From an uncultured Muribaculaceae bacterium (GTDB taxonomy: Bacteria > Bacillota_I > Bacilli_A > RF39 > UBA660): a stretch of 64,000 nucleotides of DNA. The position numbers and the translations under genes were made by a program. Positions 51,134 through 60,357 of the stretch are shown here, in pieces. Positions within the stretch are counted from its first letter, which is position 1. Each line of letters opens with the position of its first letter. The stretch lies in assembly GCA_964513435.1 (NCBI GenBank), contig CAZEMQ010000001.1, positions 5,883 to 69,882 of the forward strand, written 5' to 3'. Under the pieces are notes generated by a model. That model saw only the letters and a list, made by a program, of their open reading frames with translations. It ran no database searches and was not told where the DNA came from.

Positions 51134-53673
51134 GATTGTTATTGTATATGATATAGAATTATTTCCCAATGTTTTTTATTGCACATTAAAAGAAACAGAA
51201 TCAAATAAAAATGTTTCATTAGAAATTTCAAATCGAAAAAACGACATACACAAAATAATTAATTTTTTTCATAGAGTTAAAACAAAAGTAAACTCTAGAA
51301 AAGAAATTAAAGATAAATATATATTTTGTGGATATAATAATATACACTACGATAATGTTATAATTAATTATATAATTGCTAATCGAGAACGATTAATAAA
51401 TTGTAATTATGCACAAATATGTGCTGAATTATTTGAATTAAGTAATCAAATTGTTAATTCTGGAGACGGTATTCAATCTTGGTATAAATGGAAACATCTT
51501 ATTTATTTTGACACTTTAGATTTACTCACAATGTTGTTTTCTCAAAAACTTAGAGTAGGTTTAAAATCTATGCAAGTAACAATGCAATATTCAAATGTTC
51601 AAGAATATGAAGGTGATTTCAGTAAACCATTACCAGATTCTGAAATTCCAAAGATGGCTGCATACAATATCAATGACGTTGAGAGTACAACAGAATTATT
51701 AAACAGATGTAAATCGGATATTGATTTAAGACTTAATATTGAAGAAGAATACAATATTGATGTTTTAAATAAAGATGGGGTGAATATTGGAATGCAAATT
51801 ATTGCACAAAAATATTTGGAAAAAACTAAATTAAAATGGAAAGATATTAAAGATTTACGAGATCCGTGTGATGTTATAGATCTTAATCAAATAATTTTAC
51901 CATTTATCAAATTTGATAATCCGATTTTACAAGATGTATTAATAGAACTTAAAAAACAAAAAGTATCTCCAGGTAGAAAAGGTTACGAACGACATTTTCT
52001 ACTAGATAATGTTGAATATACCATAGGAGTGGGTGGTATTCATAGTGTAAATACACCTGATATATTCAAATCTGATGAAAATTGGGTAATTTCAGATATT
52101 GATGTTGCGTTAATACATTGGCGCAAGTAAAACAAACTAAATTGCGGGAACATTCTTAGAGCTTTTGTTACCAACTTATAATAGTAATATATAAGGGCAA
52201 AACTAATCACTTTGATAAGGTAAAAAGACAAAAGATTGGATAATCCGCAGCCAAGTTACCTATTTTAGGTAAAAGGTTCACAGACTATTCCTTTATGGAA
52301 GTAGGGTATAAGTGACGTTTATATCCGAAAAAGTTTGAATTTATTTTGGGAGCTAGCATTACATACTTTTAGATAAAGACGAACTAGCCTTAAAAGGAAT
52401 GTATCAAAATAAATTATGATATAGTCGATAATGAGTCGAAAGATTCATACACACGAGTAAACGTCTTAGTGTGTGAGAAAAGCGATGTATCCCAGTCTTA
52501 TAATAGAACATAAATTTTATCCACCTCAATTAGGAGAAGCGTTTTTACATATTTATTCTAAAATTAGAGAAGAAAGAGTAGAAGCTAAACATAAAGGATT
52601 TAAAACAAAAGATGCTACATTGAAGTTAGCCTTAAACGGGTTGAATTTTCGTTTCAGCTCCTTCATCCAGGGATGGATGATGTAAACAAACCAAAATCGG
52701 TGAAAGTCTGGAATGATAATACCGAGGTAATTGTAGAAACTAAAGAGTCTACAACACCGTACAGCATAGAGACTGAACCTGATTAGTCAGAATAAAATGT
52801 CTCCACGAGTGGTTTGATCTAGAACAGAATAAAATATATGCGGATCTATAACGAATTAATAAGTTATAGAAGTATGGGATAAAAAACCTGTACGATAACA
52901 ACAATGTGAGTGGCATGCTTCAAAATGAGTATAGCTTTTGTTATTCTCCCATTACAGCTATGAAAGTTAGAATAAATGGACAATTAATGTTATTAATGTT
53001 AGCAGAACGGTTAATTAACATTGGTTGTAAGGTCTTAAACGCAAATACGGATGGAATCTTTGTATTAAGATCTCGTTCTGAAGAAAAAATGTTTCAACAG
53101 GTTTGTAGGGAATGGGAAAAATTAACCAAACTTACACTTGAAGAAGATAAATTTGAAGCCTTTTATCAATTTGCTATTAATGATTATCTTGCGATTAAAG
53201 AAGGATATAGTAAAACTAAAAATCCAAAACTATTAAAGAAAAAAGGATTATTTATAGATACTGTATCTTTAGGGAAAGGAATGAATGCAATAATTATTCC
53301 AGAGGCAATTAATAAATATCTTGCAGATAATATTCCGTTAAAAGAAACCATATATAATTGTAAAGATATTAGTAAATTTTTAACTTTTCAGAAAGTGGCA
53401 AAAACCTTTTCTGTGGAATATAATGGTAAATTAATTACTCATATAAATAGATATTATGTATCAACTGATGGGTATAGTCTTTATAAATGTAAAGTCAATA
53501 CAAAAGGAGAAAGAAGTGGATATATAAATATGTTAAAAGGATATGGAGTAACTATAACAAACAATCTTGATGAAATAAAAGAATTTCCGAATAACGTTAA
53601 TTATAATTATTATATCACAGAAGCTAATAAAATAATCACAAAACTTAAACAAAAACAGTTAAGTTTGTTTTAA
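51117..53673 (+). CDS. family-B DNA polymerase, three exons (51117..52110, 52483..~52640, ~52888..53673)
   Basis: Exo motifs YDIELFPN, YNNIHYDNV and YNINDVES. Spliced motif A DIDVA|SMYPSLII; motif B region KLALNG|LYD; DTDG motif C variant in exon 3. Confidence 0.6.
52111..52482 (+). other. group I intron (ORF-less, 372 nt) in the DNA polymerase
   Basis: P AAATTGCGGGAAC, Q AATCCGCAGCC, R GGTTCACAGACTAT and S ATGATATAGTCG are all near-consensus. Exon 1 ends in U, the intron ends in G, and splicing restores motif A. Confidence 0.7.
52641..52890 (+). other. second intervening sequence in the DNA polymerase (~250 nt, type unresolved)
   Basis: Exon 2 terminates at TAA 52683 after motif B begins. 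The exon 3 frame opens at ~52870 and completes motif B. Core intron elements are not clear. Confidence 0.35.
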
Positions 53674-53700
53674 AACCTATTAATTAATAAAAAGTTTAAA

Positions 53701-53877
53701 TATGAAGGGAATAGAAAGAACCAATTACAATATAATAAGGTGGCCTGAAAGCCAACTTCTAATGGACAAGCCCGGATTCGAAGAACATTCATACCTGATA
53801 AATGACGAGAAAGGTTTGGATGATTTCGGCAGCTCTGCTTTCTTCGTTGAAAGCGAATGACTTGCCCCAACAAGAAA
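53701..53877 (+). pseudogene. duplicated C-terminal fragment of the 6519..6992 gene
   Basis: KPGFEEHSYLINDEKGLDDFGSSAFFVESE versus KPGFNEHSYLILDEVGIDDFGESAYFVDIE. Confidence 0.4.
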
Positions 53878-53909
53878 GGGAAGGAATTACCAACTAAAAA
53901 GAAATAAAT

Positions 53910-54695
53910 ATGGAAAAGAAATTTGAGATGACCGACAAATTTATTGTCAATTCTTTTGGCATCAAACTGTTTCAGATTAAATGTATTCGCAAAATCAAGT
54001 ATGCTGAAGCAGGTGAGTTGGGCGGATATATTGAGCATGAAGATAATTTGAGCCATGATGGAAATGCCTGGATTTGTAATGACGCACAGGTTTTTGACAA
54101 TGCAAAGGTTTACAACAATGCACTAATTCACGGTCGTGCAATGATTTATGGCAATGCAAGGGTCAGTGGCAATGTAGGGGTTTATGACAATGCACAGGTT
54201 TTTGGACGTGCAGATGTTTATGGCAATGTAACAATCTGTAATACTGCACAAGTCTTTGATCAAGCAGAGGTTTATAGTTACACAAATGTTCTTGATTCTG
54301 CGAAAATATATGGTCATGCTAGTGTGGGAGGTATTACAATCATCTATGAATTCGCAAATATCTGCGGTAATGCGATTGTAAAAGGTAATGCACGCATATG
54401 TGGTAATGCAAATATCTGTGGTAATGCGATTATAAACGGCAACGCACACATATGTGGTAATGCAAATATCGAAAATAATGACCAACATTGTGGCTTTGAT
54501 TATTTTGGCAGTCAGCTAAGGCACACCCATGCTTATATCACCAAAGACAAAGGAGTAGAGGTGAAATGTGGATGTTTTTGTGGTAGTATAGAAGAATTTG
54601 AACGAAGGGTTGAAGAAACGCATGGGGACTCAAAGTATGGGCGTGAATACAAGGCAATGATAAATCTTATTAAGATAAAATTTAACTTAAAATAA
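53910..54695 (+). CDS. hexapeptide-repeat (left-handed beta-helix-like) protein with C-terminal Cys-rich tail
   Basis: ~25 tandem xGNAxV hexads; GC-richer than the surrounding sequence. Confidence 0.5.
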   Translation: MEKKFEMTDKFIVNSFGIKLFQIKCIRKIKYAEAGELGGYIEHEDNLSHDGNAWICNDAQVFDNAKVYNNALIHGRAMIYGNARVSGNVGVYDNAQVFGRADVYGNVTICNTAQVFDQAEVYSYTNVLDSAKIYGHASVGGITIIYEFANICGNAIVKGNARICGNANICGNAIINGNAHICGNANIENNDQHCGFDYFGSQLRHTHAYITKDKGVEVKCGCFCGSIEEFERRVEETHGDSKYGREYKAMINLIKIKFNLK

Positions 54696-54699
54696 GAAA

Positions 54700-55002
54700 A
54701 TGTTAACAGAACAACAATTAAATCAAATAGATAATATAATGGACAATTTTGATTTTCATAAAGTGTACAAAGTTATGAAATATCTTAATTGGGAGTGGTA
54801 TAATTCAAAAATTGAAATGACGTTAATACCAAATGAATGTGATATTAGAATTCATGCTAGAGAAATGTTAAAATCTTTATTTGAAAAAGAATTATGTTCT
54901 GTTGAATGTGGTGGATTCCGTGCAACAAAATATGATGAATTTGTTAAATTAGAGTTTATAATTACTAGTTGTGAAAGTTATAATGAATTATGGTACACTT
55001 GA
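54700..55002 (+). CDS. hypothetical protein
   Basis: ORF from the track. Confidence 0.3.
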   Translation: MLTEQQLNQIDNIMDNFDFHKVYKVMKYLNWEWYNSKIEMTLIPNECDIRIHAREMLKSLFEKELCSVECGGFRATKYDEFVKLEFIITSCESYNELWYT

Positions 55003-55577
55003 GAACTTGGGGAAACAAATGGTATAAAAATCTTATAGCAGTATCTATAGAAAATCCATTTAAAACTTGGTGGAGAGCTAAAAAATATTTTAAATTTCCA
55101 GATATAACTATTAATTTTGGTTGGCATCCATACCACTATCCATATGCTACTTCTTATTGGAGAGGAAAAATACTCGATATAAACATACATGATTTATATT
55201 GGAAAGATAAATTTAATAGTCCAAGACATGAGAGAAATCCACTAATCTATATTTGTTTATTTAGTAGAATTTCTTTATGGATTGTATTTGGAAAACACTA
55301 TTATAATGAATTTGGAAAAAAACAAGATGGATCTTTAGAATATTGGGAATATATTTTAAAACATCTTTACTACGCTAAGAATAAAAACTTAAAATGTTAT
55401 TCTTGTTGGACAACTGATTCTAGATTGTATAAACATATATCTAAATACGGAAATAAAAAAGATGGTAGTGAAGACGAAATTGTACCATATAAAATGATAG
55501 TACCTACTGTGTCGATGTCTTTAAACAAGAAAGGGATTAAAAAATTAATGGAAGAATTAAACTTATACGTGAAATGA
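54990..55577 (+). CDS. hypothetical Trp/Tyr-rich protein
   Basis: ORF from the track. Confidence 0.3.
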   Translation: MVHLRTWGNKWYKNLIAVSIENPFKTWWRAKKYFKFPDITINFGWHPYHYPYATSYWRGKILDINIHDLYWKDKFNSPRHERNPLIYICLFSRISLWIVFGKHYYNEFGKKQDGSLEYWEYILKHLYYAKNKNLKCYSCWTTDSRLYKHISKYGNKKDGSEDEIVPYKMIVPTVSMSLNKKGIKKLMEELNLYVK

Positions 55578-55792
55578 ATTTTAGTTTAAATGAACAAGAG
55601 TGCAAAGAATGGAAACAGTTCTACGAAAAACATAAAGACTGTTGTTCAAAACTTTTAGGCAAAGATTCGTATTCTACTATTGGTGGAGAGTTTTCATTTA
55701 GATTCACTCCAACTGGATTGGGAGATCTTATTGAAATACAATGTAATTCTTGTAAAGAAACTAAAGACATAACTGATGTAAGTAACTGGTAA
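55574..55792 (+). CDS. small Cys-rich (zinc-ribbon-like) protein
   Basis: CKEW...CC...C..C pattern. Confidence 0.3.
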   Translation: MNFSLNEQECKEWKQFYEKHKDCCSKLLGKDSYSTIGGEFSFRFTPTGLGDLIEIQCNSCKETKDITDVSNW

Positions 55793-55797
55793 TATTT

Positions 55798-56115
55798 ATG
55801 AATAACTATGATTATCCAGTAGGAGCTGATACTCCTGATGCACCTTGGAACCAAAAAGATAATTCTGAGAAGGAAATTGAAGTCACAGTAAGTATAACTC
55901 TGAGCAAAACTCTTAAGATTAGAGTTAATGATTATCAGATTATAGATTCTGGAAAAGATGAAGATGGAGAGTATTTCGAGGATATTGATTATTCTTGCTG
56001 TGACCTTAAGAAAGCAGTTAAAGAACAGATACTTTTACCACAGCTTCAAGAAACTAAGGCATGGAAAGATCTCAAGGATTGGAATGTTGATGATTTTGAA
56101 GTAATACAAGAATAA
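55798..56115 (+). CDS. hypothetical acidic protein
   Basis: ORF from the track. Confidence 0.3.
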   Translation: MNNYDYPVGADTPDAPWNQKDNSEKEIEVTVSITLSKTLKIRVNDYQIIDSGKDEDGEYFEDIDYSCCDLKKAVKEQILLPQLQETKAWKDLKDWNVDDFEVIQE

Positions 56116-56127
56116 TTTGAAAATTAA

Positions 56128-56847
56128 ATGATAACAATAAAGATTAACCATAGTTATAAAAGTTTTAAGGAAGGAGAGGAGTTCAATCTGGACGTTTCTC
56201 CTTCTCACGTATTATTTATAACTGGTAATAATAGGACAGGAAAATCATCCATACTTAGAGGTATCAGAGGAATTAAAGATACTCTTAAAGAAGTTAATAA
56301 AGACTGTTGGGATGGTATGTGCTCGTCAGTTAATAAAAATGCTGCTTTAGAATTTCAAGCTAATGTTAGTATAGAGGGATTAGATCAATTTGATGAAGTA
56401 TTCTGTTTGGATAGAGTCACTGATGATCCTAATTCTTTTGAAGTTGCAGCTACCGCTAGTGGTTTAGTTGGTGGAGGGGGATTGTATTGTCAGAGAACAT
56501 CTGGAGGAGAAAAATCTCTAATAATGCTAGGTATGTTTGTTAAGAAAATTGCTAAGCATCATAAGCAAGGTAACAAAGCTCTAATTATTTTGGACGAAAT
56601 AGATAATGGACTTGACGTTAATTTACAAATAAAATTTGTTAAGGGTGTTAAGGATGCATTAGATAAAGTTATAAAAGAAGAATATTCTTTATTAATTGTT
56701 ACACATAACCCTCTTACAATTCTATCTAAAGATAATCAATTTAAATATAAGATATATGACATGAACCATAAATATACATTTGACTCAGGAGAGATGTGGT
56801 TTTATCTTAACACTGAAATGAAAATATCTTATAACGAGACTGATTAA
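56128..56847 (+). CDS. ABC/SMC-type ATPase (minimal Rad50/RecF-like NTPase)
   Basis: Walker A GNNRTGKSS, signature-like TSGGEKS, Walker B LIILDEID. Confidence 0.45.
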   Translation: MITIKINHSYKSFKEGEEFNLDVSPSHVLFITGNNRTGKSSILRGIRGIKDTLKEVNKDCWDGMCSSVNKNAALEFQANVSIEGLDQFDEVFCLDRVTDDPNSFEVAATASGLVGGGGLYCQRTSGGEKSLIMLGMFVKKIAKHHKQGNKALIILDEIDNGLDVNLQIKFVKGVKDALDKVIKEEYSLLIVTHNPLTILSKDNQFKYKIYDMNHKYTFDSGEMWFYLNTEMKISYNETD

Positions 56848-56991
56848 AACGTCTTTTGAAATAATTGAACAGCAACCTAAATTAGTTTTTGACTCGATAG
56901 AATTTCTTGAAACTTGTACTAACAATATGGAACAATACATTGCTATTAAAGAAATTGAATGGGAAGAATAAATTATAAATAAACAAGTATT

Positions 56992-57198
56992 ATGAAGTTT
57001 ACTAACAGAAAATCAGTACACGATGACCTAAAGAAGTACGATTACACAGCTAAAGATAATGACTTCATAGAGGTCACTGAATGGACTAATGGAGAGGGAA
57101 TTGATGTTACCGTAAATGACGATACTATAATATCTCTCACCTATGGACAGTTGGATGCAATAAATCATTTGCAGAACGTATTAAAATATAATGAATGA
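56992..57198 (+). CDS. hypothetical protein
   Basis: ORF from the track. Confidence 0.3.
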   Translation: MKFTNRKSVHDDLKKYDYTAKDNDFIEVTEWTNGEGIDVTVNDDTIISLTYGQLDAINHLQNVLKYNE

Positions 57199-57240
57199 GA
57201 CAATTTAATGTAATTGTAGAGGACATAAACTCCAAGCAGT

Positions 57241-57510
57241 TTGTGCCTTACGACGTTATTCCTTAAATTGATAAATAATGTAGAATCAAATATTATGGGA
57301 AGATATATAACAGAGATATTCTTATTTACACTGACAATAATTCTTTTATTACTAAAGGTATTTAATATAATAGTAATTGATTGGATATGGGTATTTAGTC
57401 CAATATGGATTCCTATATCAGTGATTACAGGAATGATATTAGTGTTTAGTATATTTTTTATTTTAATGTTGTTAGTTAGTGTAGCAATATCTATAATTAA
57501 AGGAGTATAA
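57241..57510 (+). CDS. small membrane protein (3 TM)
   Basis: Hydrophobic throughout. Confidence 0.35.
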   Translation: MCLTTLFLKLINNVESNIMGRYITEIFLFTLTIILLLLKVFNIIVIDWIWVFSPIWIPISVITGMILVFSIFFILMLLVSVAISIIKGV

Positions 57511-57570
57511 TAATTATTAATAGGAATTTAGATTTTTAAAATTAGTTAATTCTGTAAATAAATAATAAAT

Positions 57571-57762
57571 ATGTATATAGTAAGAGACGAAGGAAGCAAT
57601 AAATTATTCTTGTATGAAAAATTTCCAGAAAAATACATAGGTGCTGATAAAAAGATAAGATGGAGGGTTAAATTCTGTAGTGCTATGGAATTAAATAAAG
57701 AACTTTTTCCAGAAGTAGATCATCTTACTCCAGTAAAAGTAAAACTTACATTAGACCGTTAA
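57571..57762 (+). CDS. hypothetical protein
   Basis: ORF from the track. Confidence 0.3.
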   Translation: MYIVRDEGSNKLFLYEKFPEKYIGADKKIRWRVKFCSAMELNKELFPEVDHLTPVKVKLTLDR

Positions 57763-57775
57763 AATTGTTTATAAC

Positions 57776-58267
57776 ATGCTGATAAACATCGATGAGTTAA
57801 TTAAAGAAGTTATGAAGTCAAAAAATAAAGATGAACTTCGTGCTTATAAAAATTTAAAAGCTGAAATTCAGCTTTTAAAGACAGCTAAGAATGCTAAACC
57901 CTACGATGAAGCATCTGAAATTCAATTAATCTCCAAAATGTGTAAACGACTAGAGGAGGATATTAAAGGCTTCTCTGAGGCGCATAGAGAGGACTTGGAG
58001 TTGGAATGTAGGAATGAATTGGAAGTGCTGAAAAAATTGCTTCCAGAGCCTGCAAATGAGTCAGATATATATTCTTTTATAGAGGACGATGAAGAATATT
58101 TTGAAAAATATTGGGTTACTGATTTTATTGATGATGGTGAAGCTACTTATATGAAAATACAGATCCCTAAAAAAGAAATGGGAAACGCAATTAAATATTT
58201 AAAATCTATATTTCCTCAAGCAGATGGTAAATTAATTTCTAATATTGTTAAGAAATATGTCTTCTGA
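57776..58267 (+). CDS. hypothetical protein
   Basis: ORF from the track. Confidence 0.3.
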   Translation: MLINIDELIKEVMKSKNKDELRAYKNLKAEIQLLKTAKNAKPYDEASEIQLISKMCKRLEEDIKGFSEAHREDLELECRNELEVLKKLLPEPANESDIYSFIEDDEEYFEKYWVTDFIDDGEATYMKIQIPKKEMGNAIKYLKSIFPQADGKLISNIVKKYVF

Positions 58268-58574
58268 AAAAATTCCCGTGATCAGTATTCCCAAAGAATT
58301 ATTTTATAAACTTAGAAAAATTGGAATCATAGATGATAGTAATACAAGGGATTATAATGTTGGAACAAGTAATTATAGTAATCATATAATACAACCTTGG
58401 TCTATATGGAAGGATTATAACTTAAATCCTTGGGATGCTGACATTATTAAAAGAGTTCTTAGAACTAAAAAAGAATCTGGAAAGAGTGAGATTGAATCCA
58501 GAATTATGGACTATGAGAAAATAATACACATCTGTAAAGAAAGAATACGTCAATTAAACTTAAAAATGGAATAA
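58245..58574 (+). CDS. hypothetical protein
   Basis: Last gene of the plus block. Confidence 0.3.
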   Translation: MLRNMSSEKIPVISIPKELFYKLRKIGIIDDSNTRDYNVGTSNYSNHIIQPWSIWKDYNLNPWDADIIKRVLRTKKESGKSEIESRIMDYEKIIHICKERIRQLNLKME

Positions 58575-58623
58575 AATATAGATATCGGATTAAGTGATAC
58601 AATAACTTATATAATTAATACTG

Positions 58624-58671
58624 AAGCCTCGAAAATTAGGATTCGTCCTAAGTTTCGAGGCTTATTTTTTT
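58624..58671. terminator. bidirectional rho-independent terminator between convergent blocks
   Basis: GAAGCCTCGAAA...TTTCGAGGCTT with a T8 run on the plus strand and an A-run on the minus strand. Confidence 0.65.
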
Positions 58672-59275
58672 AAATTATATAAGGGTTTGGTTTAGTCTGA
58701 TTTTTCAAATTATTTAATTCTCTTTGTAAAGATTCTATTAATTTGTTTTTCTGTTTATCTTCTTCTTTCCATTTTCGTAATTCTTCTTTTATTTCTTCAT
58801 TATTTTCGTCCTGTTTTCGTAATTTTTCTTCCATTTGTCTGATTTGTTCAGTATTACTGTTAATTCGATCTTCATGATTTAAATATTCTTGTTCTAAGTT
58901 TCTGTTTTTTATTTCTAAATTTGTTATGTAACATTTTAAACTATTATTATCATCCTTTAATTTTTTAATAATATTTTCTTTTTCCATTTCACTAGGTAAT
59001 TGAATATTATTAAACAATTCAATTATAAATTCGTCATACAACATCCATTCTCTATGATGAATTTTAGAAGAAAGTAAATTATGCAAATAAGATTCATCTT
59101 GTCTGTTACCTTCTCTTGTAGAAATAAATTCAAAATCTGGATTTTCAGTGTGATAACTATTTTCTCTATTTTCTAAATTATTTGTGAAACCTATTTTAAG
59201 ATATTCTCTTGATTTTATAAGATATAACATAATATTAGTAATTTTATTATATATTTTAACTAAATTGATATTCAA
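58670..59275 (-). CDS. coiled-coil protein
   Basis: Long heptad/charged C-terminus. Confidence 0.35.
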   Translation of the reverse strand: MNINLVKIYNKITNIMLYLIKSREYLKIGFTNNLENRENSYHTENPDFEFISTREGNRQDESYLHNLLSSKIHHREWMLYDEFIIELFNNIQLPSEMEKENIIKKLKDDNNSLKCYITNLEIKNRNLEQEYLNHEDRINSNTEQIRQMEEKLRKQDENNEEIKEELRKWKEEDKQKNKLIESLQRELNNLKNQTKPNPYII

Positions 59276-59735
59276 TAGTTCTCTTTATTAGTTTAGTTCT
59301 ATCTCCTAATTTACCTTTAAAGAAATATTTTGGATTTAAATAATATACTCCTTTACTTTTATCTTTAATCAACATACCTTTTTTAACTAATGAACTTATT
59401 GCATTTTTAATAGTTCCTTCTTTTAATCCAGTACGTTGAATTACTTGTTCTTTAAAAAATCCATTATAAGTAATCATATTCCCAATCATATCTGTTTTTT
59501 CATCTTTATAATAATTAGAAAATAACCAACATTGAATAAGAACTCTATATTCAGAACCAGTTAAATTACTAAAATCTTCACTATCTTTCAAATATACTTG
59601 GCAAAATTCTTCCGCGTTTACTTTTTTAACTATAGTTTGTTCTGCCGTTATAATTTCTCCAAATTCATTTACTTTAACATTTTCCTTAGTAATCATATCA
59701 ATACCTTTTATTTTTACAAATATAACATTAATCAC
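59256..59735 (-). CDS. winged-helix DNA-binding protein, paralog B
   Basis: Paralog of 35034..35474. Confidence 0.5.
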   Translation of the reverse strand: MINVIFVKIKGIDMITKENVKVNEFGEIITAEQTIVKKVNAEEFCQVYLKDSEDFSNLTGSEYRVLIQCWLFSNYYKDEKTDMIGNMITYNGFFKEQVIQRTGLKEGTIKNAISSLVKKGMLIKDKSKGVYYLNPKYFFKGKLGDRTKLIKRTIEYQFS

Positions 59736-59990
59736 AAAAATAATTACTACAAGTAATGTTAAAAAGTCTTAATAATCATATTTATCTGTGTCAGTAATTA
59801 TATAATGACTAACTACTCATTTAAATACACACTTAGTCATTATATAATGACTTAAAAACAATCTAATTTATTGATTATCAATGAGTTATAAACAATTCTC
59901 TTCTTATCTTTTCTAATGAATTATTATGAAAATTGTCATCTTATTTTGAGAACTATAATATACAAGTTTTAGTACACAACTAAACTTAAA

Positions 59991-60024
59991 CCGTCTGACA
60001 CTATTTCAGACGATCTCAGACACT
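59991..60024. promoter_or_regulatory. GTCTGA..TCAGAC palindromic operator upstream (minus-strand sense) of paralog B
   Basis: CCGTCTGACACTATTTCAGACGATCTCAGACAC. Half-site related to the GTCTGT..ACAGAC sites upstream of paralog A. Confidence 0.4.
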
Positions 60025-60111
60025 TTCATACCAAAGTTGATAACTTCATTATTTTCAATAATAAATGTCTAAAACAGTCTAAAAATAAGTCAAAAATATT
60101 TATAAAAATTT

Positions 60112-60168
60112 AGCCCTTTATTTACATTTTACATTACGTAATTTGTAGATAAAGGGCTTATTTTTTTT
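60112..60168. terminator. terminator-like hairpin with T-run
   Basis: AGCCCTTTA...TAAAGGGCT plus T8; long loop. Confidence 0.3.
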
Positions 60169-60357
60169 AAATTATATAGTAAAAATCTGTTCTATCTTGG
60201 ATATTTAAATCTTTTGCATTACACTAGAAATCTCCATTGTAAAATATAAGATTATTAATAGCATAATCCCATTTAAAATATCCTTCAAAATTAGGAAGTT
60301 TTCCTAATTTTCCTTCTTTAGTTTTATTACATAATTCAGTGTATGTCATAACTAATT

